Assembly: GCA_049324275.1 (NCBI GenBank)
Contig: JBMOLG010000001.1
Location: forward strand, 47,606-111,605
DNA: 64,000 nt
Reading direction: 5' to 3'
Origin: Nanobdellota archaeon
GTDB lineage: Archaea; Nanobdellota; Nanobdellia; Pacearchaeales; GW2011-AR1
Below the pieces are notes generated by a model that searched no databases, was not told where the DNA came from, and worked only from the letters and a program-made list of their open reading frames with translations. The position numbers and the translations under genes are program-made. Shown here one piece after another: positions 1-9,369 of this stretch (position 1 is its first letter; each line of letters opens with the position of its first letter).

Positions 1-2
1 TA

Positions 3-632
3 CAAAGATTAAGTGAACTTACAAAGATTAATCGTGTAACTCTTTACAGCATTTTAGATAATTTAATAAAAAAAGGAGCTGCGGGGAATACCGTTATTGA
101 ATATGCAAAACATTTTTATGCAATTGAACCAGAAAAAATTCTGAGCCAATTAGAAGAAAAAAATGAAAAGTTCAGAAAGATTCTCCCTTTGCTAAAAGAG
201 AAACAAAATACAATTGGATTAAAACCAGAAATTGAATTTTATGAAGGTGAAAAAGGTATTATCTCAGTTGAATCAGAAGTATTGAAATCAAAAAAAGATT
301 TCTTTGCATATGGTTCTTTTGAAATTTACAATAGGATTTTAGAGTATTCTGGTTTAAGTTTTAGGAAGAAAAGAATCTTAAATAAAATCACTGTTCAGTG
401 CATTACTGATGATTCTGCAAAGAATCATGAAATGTTCAATAAACCAGAATATAAAAGATACACAAAAGTAAGAATTTTAAATTCTCTTAAGGACATGCCC
501 TCCTGGACCTATCTATTCGATAATAAGGTTGTGATACTTTCTTTTGAAAAAGAAAACCCCATTGCAATTCTTATTAATAGTGAAGCTGTATATTTAAAAG
601 AAAAAATTATTTTTGATTTAATGTTAAAATGA
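3..632 (+). CDS. TrmB-family transcriptional regulator (5' partial)
   Basis: Frame is open from the window edge: LSELTKINRVTLYSILDNLIKKG...FYAIEPEKIL (TrmB wHTH), then IEFYEGEKGI and a PLD-like effector domain (YLFDNKVVILSF). Confidence 0.85.
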   Translation, partial: QRLSELTKINRVTLYSILDNLIKKGAAGNTVIEYAKHFYAIEPEKILSQLEEKNEKFRKILPLLKEKQNTIGLKPEIEFYEGEKGIISVESEVLKSKKDFFAYGSFEIYNRILEYSGLSFRKKRILNKITVQCITDDSAKNHEMFNKPEYKRYTKVRILNSLKDMPSWTYLFDNKVVILSFEKENPIAILINSEAVYLKEKIIFDLMLK

Positions 633-708
633 GAATCGAAAACTAATTTGCCTTAGAATAATTATATCCTATATCCATTGTTCCTCGCCCTCCCACACAT
701 AAACATAA

Positions 709-734
709 GAATATATGTATATATACATATATTC
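709..734. repeat. Perfect 26-bp palindrome GAATATATGTATATATACATATATTC
   Basis: Self-complementary, read directly; lies between convergent genes downstream of the integrase/nuclease pair. Confidence 0.9.
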
Positions 735-802
735 ATTTCTGCCACTTTCACTGACTCTTGGCGATTTTACCGACGATCATCTCTTAAAATCATTTTCACA
801 TC

Positions 803-1324
803 TCACTGCCAGTTTTCATCGATTTTAGCCACTCCACGTTCATGCATAATCCTGTCAATTTTACCAATAACATTTCTTTTTGTAAATGTCTTTCCATATC
901 TTTTATATGACTTCAACAAATTTCTGTCAGTGATCACAAAGAACCATCGCCTTCCATAATCTTCTTTCAGCGCTTCAACCTTTTCCAAGAACTGGTTTTT
1001 ATTTTTCTTTAGCACAATTCCAGTTTCAATCTCAACAGCCCACTCTTCCTTATTAATCACAAAAACAATGTCAGGCTTTCTTGTCAAATACTCCTTAACA
1101 TTTTTTGTGTATGTCCTTAAATATTCTGCAACTTCAAAAACAAGAATTCCATGCCTTGCAGTCTCATGAAAAAAAGGCTTGAAATAATATGATTCATGAT
1201 TGCCCTGAATATTTTTGCTTTCTACAAAATAATATCCTGAGTGTTCAAGATCCCATTTCAACGCTTTTTTAATAGCATCATCAAAACGATAAACTCTGGG
1301 TTTTGCTTTAAACCTCCAACTCAA
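803..1324 (-). CDS. PD-(D/E)XK nuclease-fold protein
   Basis: Motif KPDIVF...WAVEIETG with upstream H (ARHGIL); overlaps the integrase 3' end. Confidence 0.6.
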   Translation of the reverse strand: MSWRFKAKPRVYRFDDAIKKALKWDLEHSGYYFVESKNIQGNHESYYFKPFFHETARHGILVFEVAEYLRTYTKNVKEYLTRKPDIVFVINKEEWAVEIETGIVLKKNKNQFLEKVEALKEDYGRRWFFVITDRNLLKSYKRYGKTFTKRNVIGKIDRIMHERGVAKIDENWQ

Positions 1325-2504
1325 AATTTATTTTCATTTGGGCATAAAGCCTTTTTGTCAGTTCTGCTATTTTCTGGATTTGAATCTTCATCAGGTCATT
1401 GTCTTCTCTTAACAATTGATTTTCTTTTTCAGCATTATCTAATCTTTTCTCAAGGTCTATTTTAGTAATATCTATTAGTAAATCTTCTTCAGAGATTGTA
1501 TCTTTCATTCCTAAGAGTTCAGAATAATAATGAATCTTGTCAGACTTTTTCCAGCCGAATCTGTACTTTAAAGCAGATTCAGACTTATATCGCGGAAGCC
1601 AGTAACAGCAAGAACAATGCCTAAAGTCATACATTGTCAGCTGAGAATACTTTGCACCTGCCGGACTTTTCTTGTCCCCAAAAATTCTTCTTGCCAGTCT
1701 TTTAATATATTTATTGACTGAATATGGCGCAGTCTTAAATAAATAATCTTCAGGAGAAAGGTTATTGTTTAAAACATAATCTTTGATTAAATCAGAGCAG
1801 ATCAATAATTTAATTCTTCTGCCAAAAGTCTTGCTAATTTCATCACGAATATTCAATTCCTTAAAGTTATTATAAAAATCAGAAACTTTAATATTCATCA
1901 ATTCTGTTGGAGCCCTTATGCCTGAATCAAACAAAAACCAGATTAATACCTGATATTCATATTTTGCAGATTTGCATAGCTGTTTTATCTGTGATTCATT
2001 CAAATAAACCCATTCAGGCTTTTCTCCAGATGTATCCAGGTCTAAGGTTATATCTTGAACTTCAATTCCTGCCTTTCTGTTTCTTTTCTGATGCCAATGC
2101 CAGAATGCCTTAAAATCCTTTACAAAGTCCTTTGTGGACTTAAATTTTAAGCCATCCGCTCTTGTAATAATCCCATGTCTCATGTCTAGAAAAAACCCAA
2201 AAAGCTGTGATTCGTTCACTTCAGTTATAATTTTAAGATTAAATCGCTTTTCAAACTCTTTTGCCATAAAAGTCATCCTTTGCCTTAAGACATTAAGCCT
2301 TACAAAGCTTCTTGCGCCCTTTTTACTGCTTGTTGATACATTCATCCCGCTTTCCATGTCACTTAGATATTCTTTTATTAAATCAGAATTTAGCTTGCTT
2401 ATTTCAGGGATTCCTGATTCAGTTTTATTTTTCCATGTCAAATATTTTTCCTTGTTTTTATGCGGGTCTATTTTGGACATTTGTGTGTTGTCCATGGAAG
2501 GCAT
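1308..2504 (-). CDS. Tyrosine recombinase/integrase
   Basis: Catalytic motifs DSGIRAPTEL (R), SKT (K), YDFRH (R), FGW, HYYS (Y); C-terminal coiled coil. Confidence 0.9.
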   Translation of the reverse strand: MPSMDNTQMSKIDPHKNKEKYLTWKNKTESGIPEISKLNSDLIKEYLSDMESGMNVSTSSKKGARSFVRLNVLRQRMTFMAKEFEKRFNLKIITEVNESQLFGFFLDMRHGIITRADGLKFKSTKDFVKDFKAFWHWHQKRNRKAGIEVQDITLDLDTSGEKPEWVYLNESQIKQLCKSAKYEYQVLIWFLFDSGIRAPTELMNIKVSDFYNNFKELNIRDEISKTFGRRIKLLICSDLIKDYVLNNNLSPEDYLFKTAPYSVNKYIKRLARRIFGDKKSPAGAKYSQLTMYDFRHCSCCYWLPRYKSESALKYRFGWKKSDKIHYYSELLGMKDTISEEDLLIDITKIDLEKRLDNAEKENQLLREDNDLMKIQIQKIAELTKRLYAQMKINFELEV

Positions 2505-2721
2505 TTATATATTTTGTCGAGATTGAATGCATGCAACAGAATTGATGGATTGTGCCAATATTTAAAAAGATAAAATCTGAATAATGAATATGCAAGACAT
2601 CGCTTGAATATGCCCTTTGGTTATCGTCAGCGGTCCGCGCATTTTTATTAAACGTGACAAGAATTTTTGGTTTCTAAATGAATGTAAATCATTCCTTTAT
2701 CGTAAATTAGTTATTACAACT

Positions 2722-3099
2722 TTAGAAAAAAGTTAGCATTAATAAAAATGGAAAAATATCCACATTAAATTTTCCTGTTAAAAATCCATATAAAAATATT
2801 AAAAAGAATATTATTGAAATAATCAATCCAATCTATGCATAAGATTTGCCTTCTAAATCATGCCTTTTAATTTTAACTAAACCAAAAATTCCTGTGATAA
2901 TTCCAACTAATGGCAAAACCATGATAACTCCGGTACTCCTAATAAAGCGAATATTATTATAGGCTATATTAGAATTGTTTCAATAATATTTCCTATATAA
3001 GGAATTCTTGAAAAGAGAGGGTTGGAAAATAATATCGCAAAAATTAAAATTTGCAAAATCCCAATGATAAAAGAAGTAATTGCAAGTTTACTTTTTCAT
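2722..3099 (-). pseudogene. Degraded small membrane protein (DUF4190-like)
   Basis: Manual translation: SKLAITSFIIGILQ...ETILI*PII / LVGIITGIFGLVKIKRHDLEGKSYA*IGLIIS; two TAG stops (2964-2966, 2833-2835) and two frameshifts. Confidence 0.65.
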
Positions 3100-3204
3100 G
3101 TTTTCTTAAATATAAGTTTATTTAAAAATATTTCTTTCATTGATTTCTATTGACAAATAGCTTAATTCGGGAAAAACTTAAATTCTGATTTGCCTTTTAA
3201 TTAT

Positions 3205-3489
3205 ATGCCAAGCAAAAAATTGAAAACCCAAATAAAAAATGTTAAAAAAGAAGCATCAAATTTCAAAAAAGAATTTAAAAAACAAACGTTTACAGCAATC
3301 TCCGCTGCATTGGGATTCTTAATCGCATTGAGCTGGAGAGAGCCTATTTCAGATCTGATAACAAAAATTGTGGAAGAAGCAGGTCTAACAAAAGATTTAA
3401 TCCGTTATAAATTTTTATCTGCAATAATCATCACTGTTATTTGTGTTTTATTCCTAATTATAATTTCCAAATGGTCGAGTAAAAATTGA
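3205..3489 (+). CDS. DUF5654-like small membrane protein
   Basis: TAISAALGFLIALSWREPI...YKFLSAIIITVICV; ATG at 3205 preferred over TTG at 3190. Confidence 0.7.
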   Translation: MPSKKLKTQIKNVKKEASNFKKEFKKQTFTAISAALGFLIALSWREPISDLITKIVEEAGLTKDLIRYKFLSAIIITVICVLFLIIISKWSSKN

Positions 3490-3589
3490 TTAACAATATT
3501 TAAAAACTCAAAATTGATAAATCAATCTATTTTATATATGTCTAAAAAAATACAGCACTCAAATAAAAATGGGGGGATTATAGACGAAT

Positions 3590-4258
3590 ATGGGGAAATG
3601 GAGAAGACACTTCGAGCACTATGATTTTTTTCGCTTAAACTCTGATAGATACCTCGCTACGCTTCAAAAACATTTAGATTTATTGAAAGGATTCAAGTAC
3701 ATTATTGATACTGGTGCAGGTTCGGGCAATCTAACTTTAAAACTTTTGGAGCGGGGGCATTTTGTTAAAGCAACTGATGTGGATGAAGAAGTTTTAGAAC
3801 TGTTAAAAGAAAAATGCAAGGATTATGAAAATTTATTGGATACTGAAACAATGGACTTAAACGAAAAGATGCCTTTAAAATCAAATTCATTTGATGCAGC
3901 AAATTCAATGTTTGTAATTCCATTTGTAAATCATGAATTATATTTTTTAGAAATATTCAGAATCTTGAAATCGAATTCAAGATTCATATTATCTGCATGG
4001 GCTCCCGTGGAAAATACATGGGACGGAGTAATAATTGGGTTGGAAAGAGAATTAACAAGAAAGGGAATCCTGCCCAAAAATCAAGAAGAATGGAAGGAAT
4101 TCAAATTGGCAAACAGCAAAAGAGTTGCCGAAGTTAAAAGAGGACCAAGTCCACAAAAAATAATAAAAACCCTAGCTGATGCCGGATTTAGCAACATAAC
4201 CATGCCTGAAAATCCTTACGGCCATTTAGCTTATACGGTCATTTGTGAAAAGAAATAA
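3590..4258 (+). CDS. Class I SAM-dependent methyltransferase
   Basis: Motif I IIDTGAGSGN, ATDVD, NSFDAA, EIFRILK. Confidence 0.85.
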   Translation: MGKWRRHFEHYDFFRLNSDRYLATLQKHLDLLKGFKYIIDTGAGSGNLTLKLLERGHFVKATDVDEEVLELLKEKCKDYENLLDTETMDLNEKMPLKSNSFDAANSMFVIPFVNHELYFLEIFRILKSNSRFILSAWAPVENTWDGVIIGLERELTRKGILPKNQEEWKEFKLANSKRVAEVKRGPSPQKIIKTLADAGFSNITMPENPYGHLAYTVICEKK

Positions 4259-4322
4259 TTAATTTAACTTTCTAGTAGTAAATCATACAAAAATTTAAAT
4301 ATTCAAAATTCCAATTAATTAA

Positions 4323-5012
4323 ATGGAAAAGCTTTGTGTTTATTCTTTTGAAGAACATTTTGATTCGAAAACATATCCAAAAAAACTTAGTGGGGAAGAA
4401 ATTAATGGAATATTCCCTGCAGATTTGGAAAATTTTAGGGGGCTTCAAAGAAATGTTCATTATTCATTGAGCCTTACTGAAGATAGCAATAAATCTTTAT
4501 TATTCAGAATATTAGATCCTAATTATTTTTATTTTTTTAAAAAAGAATGGCCCAATAATTGGAATGAGTATCTTAATAATGATGATGTAATTGATTCAGG
4601 AATTGTATTGTTGCCAGCGAGGGAAATAAGCCAGGAATTAGATTTATGTTTAGAAGATTTGCATTTTAGCAGAGAAGAATTAGATAGAATGAATAATGAA
4701 AGTGATAATTTATTTAATAATGTATGTAGGCATATGCCATTTACAAAACCACTTTATAGAATAAAGTTTGATACCCTGAACTTAAATCCATTTTACCGTT
4801 TAAATTTGCCAATTCCATTACCTGCCTATGGAGTAAAACTTACTGCCCCTAGCTGTTCGATTGAAATGCTTAATATGAAAACTAAAAAATGGATTGATAC
4901 GGGAGAAAGGCATAGCATTAACCCATTGGAATTTATTTCTTTTTTAAAAGGAAATCATTCAATAAATTGCATACTCAATGAAAGAAAAAAATATTTGCAT
5001 TTGTTGCACTGA
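4323..5012 (+). CDS. Hypothetical protein
   Basis: 229-aa ORF with typical composition; no motif recognised. Confidence 0.6.
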   Translation: MEKLCVYSFEEHFDSKTYPKKLSGEEINGIFPADLENFRGLQRNVHYSLSLTEDSNKSLLFRILDPNYFYFFKKEWPNNWNEYLNNDDVIDSGIVLLPAREISQELDLCLEDLHFSREELDRMNNESDNLFNNVCRHMPFTKPLYRIKFDTLNLNPFYRLNLPIPLPAYGVKLTAPSCSIEMLNMKTKKWIDTGERHSINPLEFISFLKGNHSINCILNERKKYLHLLH

Positions 5013-5117
5013 TTATTCTTATACTTTTTACTTAAATCATGTTTGATTTAAGATAACTTCGGTGATTAAAGATGCAGATAAAAATCTTTTTATACTATTT
5101 AAAGCAATTTCTAATAT

Positions 5118-5189
5118 GGTGGTTGTAGTTTAGTGGCAGAACATGTGGCTGTGGCCCGCATAGCGAGGGTTCGATTCCCTCCTTCCACC
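5118..5189 (+). tRNA. tRNA-His (GUG)
   Basis: Cloverleaf: G-1, GTGGTTG/CTTCCAC acceptor, anticodon arm TGTGG-CT-GTG-GC-CCGCA, T-arm GAGGG-TTCGATT-CCCTC, C73. Confidence 0.92.
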
Positions 5190-5212
5190 CTGAAAATTAA
5201 AAAAAAATAAAA

Positions 5213-5419
5213 TTATTCAACTTCTCCAATACTCTTGCTTAAATCTGCAGGACTTTCGTATTCTCTATCTTCAATTTGTTTTAAAACATCTACTATTTCA
5301 TCTGGGGCGTCATTGTCTTTAGCAATTTTTATAAGTTCGTCTTTTGTTTTTGGATAGTCTACATCTCCAAGATGTTTTTGAATTTCTGCCGGGCTTGGTT
5401 TATGGTTGTTTTTTTTCAT
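5213..5419 (-). CDS. DUF2795-like protein
   Basis: IQKHLGDVDYPKTKDELI...DREYESPADL. Confidence 0.8.
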   Translation of the reverse strand: MKKNNHKPSPAEIQKHLGDVDYPKTKDELIKIAKDNDAPDEIVDVLKQIEDREYESPADLSKSIGEVE

Positions 5420-5564
5420 TTTAAGATTTGCTGTTTAGTTAGCAATATAAGATTTATTCTCGTTAAAAATCTGTTTTGTATTAAAAAATACATGACTACC
5501 CGAGGTAAAAAATCAGAAATAAACTAAAAACATTTATAAAACTCTTTAGCATTAAATTTAAAAG

Positions 5565-6428
5565 ATGGTGAATAAAATTCCTAAAAATAAGAATCCTTCT
5601 GAAGAAAAGACCCAAAAACAAACTTTGTCCATCATGAAGGAAGAAGATATTGCATTAGACTTTGGAACAAAGGTTTATAAAAAATTTGATAAAATCATCA
5701 AATCTATTATTTTATTTGGAAGCACTGCAAAAAAGATTGCACAACCTACCTCTGATATTGATATTATAATTATTATTGATGACGTGGCTGTGAGCTGGGA
5801 TGATGAATTAATAGCATGGTATAGGGAAGAACTTGGAAAGATAATTGCAAATAATCCTTATAAGAAAGAGCTTCATGTAAATACAGTAAAACTCTCAACT
5901 TGGTGGTCTGACTTAATAAAGGGAGACCCCATAATAATAAGCATCTTAAGATATGGCCTTCCAATTATTGACTTTGGAGGTTTTTTTACACCATTAAAAA
6001 TTCTGCTAAGAGACGGCAAAATTAAATCAACACCAGAAGCAATTTATACTTTGCTTCAAAGAGCACCAACTCACATGGCAAGAACTAAAACATCTTTATT
6101 CGCTGCAATTGATGGATTATATTGGGCAATGGTTGATTCTGCTCATGCTGCAATAATTGCTGCGGATTTAACTCCTGCTTCCCCTGAAGAGATCCCTGAA
6201 ATATTAAAGATTAATTTTGCAGAAAAAAAATTGTTAAAGATAAAATACGTTGAATATTATTCTGAGCTTCATGAATTGGCAAAATCTATAATTCATGGAA
6301 AAACTGTTGAAGTTAATGGGAAGATTATAGATGAATGGACAGAAAAGATTGATGATTTTATCAAGACAATGGCCGAACTTATCAGCAATTTATTAGATGC
6401 GAAAAAAGAGCTTAAGCAGATAAATTAA
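5565..6428 (+). CDS. Minimal nucleotidyltransferase + HEPN-like fusion protein
   Basis: ILFGS...SDIDIIIIIDD (Pol-beta NTase); C-terminal helical domain LYWAMVDSAHAA...KSIIHG. Confidence 0.8.
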   Translation: MVNKIPKNKNPSEEKTQKQTLSIMKEEDIALDFGTKVYKKFDKIIKSIILFGSTAKKIAQPTSDIDIIIIIDDVAVSWDDELIAWYREELGKIIANNPYKKELHVNTVKLSTWWSDLIKGDPIIISILRYGLPIIDFGGFFTPLKILLRDGKIKSTPEAIYTLLQRAPTHMARTKTSLFAAIDGLYWAMVDSAHAAIIAADLTPASPEEIPEILKINFAEKKLLKIKYVEYYSELHELAKSIIHGKTVEVNGKIIDEWTEKIDDFIKTMAELISNLLDAKKELKQIN

Positions 6429-6480
6429 ATCTTTGTTTTTTAATTAGTTTTAATTGTTGTCTAGATAAATAGAAAACTTA

Positions 6481-6867
6481 TTATTGAACAGGAGCTTCTT
6501 CTTTTTTCAAAAAATCTTCAAATTTCTTTTTTCCTTCTTTCAAAACTTTTGTATTAATTTGAACCGTATCAAGAGAAATAGCATTTCCTCTTACAGTTTT
6601 TCTTAATTTAATCCCTTTTCTTGTATCTTTCATTCCTTTTCCTCTCTTTAACAATGCTTTTTTTAATCCAGGTCCTTCAAATTGCTTTAATCCGGGAAAT
6701 CCCGCTTTGTCACTTGTTCCGGTTATTTCTAATTCATATCCATCCAAATCTGAAGAAATCTCTTTACCATCAATTTTAGAGTTTAATTTTGTATCGATTA
6801 AGCTTTCGTTATCTGATTCAAATTTTGCTGTTTTTCCTTTAAGGGATACGTTTATTTTAAATGCCAT
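6481..6867 (-). CDS. rps6e: 30S ribosomal protein S6e
   Basis: GYELEITGTSDKAGFP...RKTVRGNAIS...QIN. Confidence 0.93.
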   Translation of the reverse strand: MAFKINVSLKGKTAKFESDNESLIDTKLNSKIDGKEISSDLDGYELEITGTSDKAGFPGLKQFEGPGLKKALLKRGKGMKDTRKGIKLRKTVRGNAISLDTVQINTKVLKEGKKKFEDFLKKEEAPVQ

Positions 6868-6939
6868 ATTTATTCCTGGGATAAAGGGTTTTTAAAGATT
6901 TTTGTTTGATGTTTGAGGCTTCCCTTTGTTTGATTACAA

Positions 6940-7188
6940 TCAGATAAGTAAAACATCATAAATCTCCTTAGCGTTACTTTTGCAAGAATCAATTATCTTT
7001 TCATATTTTGGAGCGATTCTTGACAGGTATTCTCTCGTATGTTCTTCAAATTTTTGACCATTAAAACCTTCCAATGCAAGATTATACCAATTCCTAAAAA
7101 ATTTTTTATTCTCCAAAGAAACTTCTTTTCTAAATTGCTTATAATCCTTTGCAAACTCTAACATTTGAGGGTTATTTGTAACATCTGA
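6940..7188 (-). pseudogene. Probable C-terminal remnant of a hypothetical gene
   Basis: ORF 6940-7164 is open upstream and runs directly into the truncated TrmB copy with no intergenic space. Confidence 0.4.
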
Positions 7189-7546
7189 AATATTAAAGGC
7201 AAAAAAAGATTTTTTTGCATATGGTTCTTTTGAAATCTATAATAAGATTCTATCTTATTCCGGATTAAATTTTAGAAAAAAAAGAATTTTGAGTAAAATA
7301 ATAGTCCAATGCATAACAGATGACTCTGCTAAAAATCATGAACTCTTTAAAAAACCTGAATATAAAAAGTATACCAGAATAAAAATTCTGAACTATCTAA
7401 AAATCATGCCCTCGTGGACATATTTATTTGATAATAAAATAGCGATAATCTCTTTTGAAAGAGAGCAGCCTGTGGCTATTCTTGTCAATAGCAAATCCGT
7501 TTACTTGAAAGAAAAGATGATATTTGATTTAATGTGGAAGAATTAA
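7184..7546 (+). pseudogene. 5'-truncated paralog of the TrmB regulator at 3-632
   Basis: SEILKAKKDFFAYGSFEIYNKILSYSGLNFRKKRIL...KEKMIFDLMWKN aligns without gaps to the C-terminal half of ORF 3-632; in-frame TGA at 7166-7168; HTH missing. Confidence 0.85.
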
Positions 7547-8092
7547 TTATTCCAAAACATAATCCCAACCGGGCTGCCAGGCTTTTCTTTTTCTCCAATC
7601 TTCTTCAAAAGATTCTGCCCAAGTTTTATTTTTAAGCAAAACATCTAAAGCTAATTGAGGAGCTTTATGCGCAACAATTGCAATATTTTGCCCATCATAA
7701 TTTTTCTTTAAAAATTTCAAAAAATCTTCAATTCTTTTTTTAACATCTTCATAGCTTTCCCCTCCTGGAAATTTTTTTGCAATGCACTTCTCCTGCATAG
7801 GCTCAACAATTCCCGATGATTTTGCGTTGAACTTTCCATAGTTGCATTCCCTCAATCTTTTGTCTTGAATAATTTTATACTTTTTTCCAAAGCTAATTTC
7901 TGCGGAATCAATAGCTCTCTTTAAATCAGAGCAAAAAACAACATCAAAATTTTTTTCTTTAATCTGTTTAAGAAGCTTTTTAGATTGTTCAATGCCTAAT
8001 TCAGAAAGTCCAACATCATTCCAGCCTGAAGAAATGTTTTTCTCATTGTCTGTTGTCGTTCCATGAACAAAGTAAATGATTTTTACGGCCAT
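7547..8092 (-). CDS. Histidine phosphatase (phosphoglycerate mutase-like) family protein
   Basis: YFVHGTT (RHG variant), SDLKRA, LRECNYG, GGES, IVAH. Confidence 0.88.
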   Translation of the reverse strand: MAVKIIYFVHGTTTDNEKNISSGWNDVGLSELGIEQSKKLLKQIKEKNFDVVFCSDLKRAIDSAEISFGKKYKIIQDKRLRECNYGKFNAKSSGIVEPMQEKCIAKKFPGGESYEDVKKRIEDFLKFLKKNYDGQNIAIVAHKAPQLALDVLLKNKTWAESFEEDWRKRKAWQPGWDYVLE

Positions 8093-8216
8093 AGATTATA
8101 GTTTGCAAATATTTATTTAAACTTTCTTGTCTGATAAAACTTATACTATTTTAATAGCAATCCATTGAGTAAAGAATATCCTTAAATGAAATACAAGTCA
8201 AAATTGAATAAGAAAA

Positions 8217-9332
8217 TTATTTTATTAAAACTCTAATGCTAGTTATATTGTTGTCATTATTTTCAGGATAAATTGTCAGATCATAATATTCTAATGTTGG
8301 AAAACAGTCATATAAAATTTTTTCGAGATATTCTTCGCTAGTTAATGGTTTTTTGCATCCAAGATTTTTTCCTTCTTTCTCGTAAATTCTATTTGCTTCA
8401 TTAAATCTATCTGAACCATAATTGGGAACAGTAATTCTTTGCTTATCAAGTCTTCTTGAATTTTCAATTATATTTTGGCACAAATAATTTTTATGCATTG
8501 AATAAAGTTCGCTTCTATTGTTGCATATTTTATTAAAAATATTAAAATTAGAAATAGCTTCGTTCATCCAATCTTGATAAAAATTATTGCCTTGAATTAT
8601 GGTAATGTGATAAGCTTCATTAAATCCTCTAAAATAATCCATTAATTTTTCTGTTTGTTTTAACATTCCAATTGCATCAAAGATTTTTAATGCAGCTTCA
8701 TCTTTTGAAGAATTATTTTTATAAAATTGTCGTAAACTTGGATCAGCCAAAGATTTCATGTATTCTAGCCAATCCATCTCATTTAATGATTCAACATATT
8801 TCTTATCAAATTCAAATGATCTGTCATTTTGTTCTTTTTTGCCAATGGCCTTAACTTTAAATACAATTGGCTTAAACTGTTCCAGATAAATATCTGCCCT
8901 AATTTTTCCTTGAATTTCATTAGTAAAAAAATCAGATAAAATCTCTTCAATCTCTTTCCGCTTTTTTATAATAGCTAAATAAGTAGTTTGTTTAATCTCT
9001 GCAATTACATTAAAAGGAAATGTATCATTGGAAAGTTTCTCAAATGGGTCGGAAATAAAAATACCCATAATCTCCGCATAATTTTTATAAAAATTTGAAG
9101 CTAAATAAAGGGAATCTGATAATTTCTCTTTTTCTTTTTCATGAACCTCACAAGATTTGCTACCTATTTGAGTATGAATTTGATTGCCAACAACTTTTCT
9201 GTAAAAATTAACTCCTTCATTGAATACATAGTTTAGCGCCCCGGGAATATCATCATTTTCTAAAATCCGTTCTTTCATTATTCCAATAGGAACTTCGGGA
9301 TTCATATTTATCTGCACTTCTAGATTAACCAT
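8217..9332 (-). CDS. Hypothetical protein
   Basis: 371-aa ORF with a TATA box at 9354-9361. Confidence 0.7.
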   Translation of the reverse strand: MVNLEVQINMNPEVPIGIMKERILENDDIPGALNYVFNEGVNFYRKVVGNQIHTQIGSKSCEVHEKEKEKLSDSLYLASNFYKNYAEIMGIFISDPFEKLSNDTFPFNVIAEIKQTTYLAIIKKRKEIEEILSDFFTNEIQGKIRADIYLEQFKPIVFKVKAIGKKEQNDRSFEFDKKYVESLNEMDWLEYMKSLADPSLRQFYKNNSSKDEAALKIFDAIGMLKQTEKLMDYFRGFNEAYHITIIQGNNFYQDWMNEAISNFNIFNKICNNRSELYSMHKNYLCQNIIENSRRLDKQRITVPNYGSDRFNEANRIYEKEGKNLGCKKPLTSEEYLEKILYDCFPTLEYYDLTIYPENNDNNITSIRVLIK

Positions 9333-9369
9333 TAAAGAAAAAGTGAAGTTTAATTTATAAATCTTTATA

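Noticed and set aside
1..31. 12-bp direct repeat TACAAAGATTAA at 1-12 and 20-31
   Set aside because: Short, AT-rich and inside the TrmB coding frame at the window edge; not distinguishable from chance.
678..959. ORF 678-959 and the many short antisense or nested ORFs in the track (e.g. 2134-2526, 27339-27752, 38261-38647, 41075-41509)
   Set aside because: They overlap well-supported genes on the other strand or frame and have shadow-ORF composition with no motifs.
3538..3600. Phase-variable G-run (3571-3576) joining an upstream ATG to the methyltransferase
   Set aside because: Run is only 6 G and a TAG lies in the methyltransferase frame just after it; no clean join can be shown.
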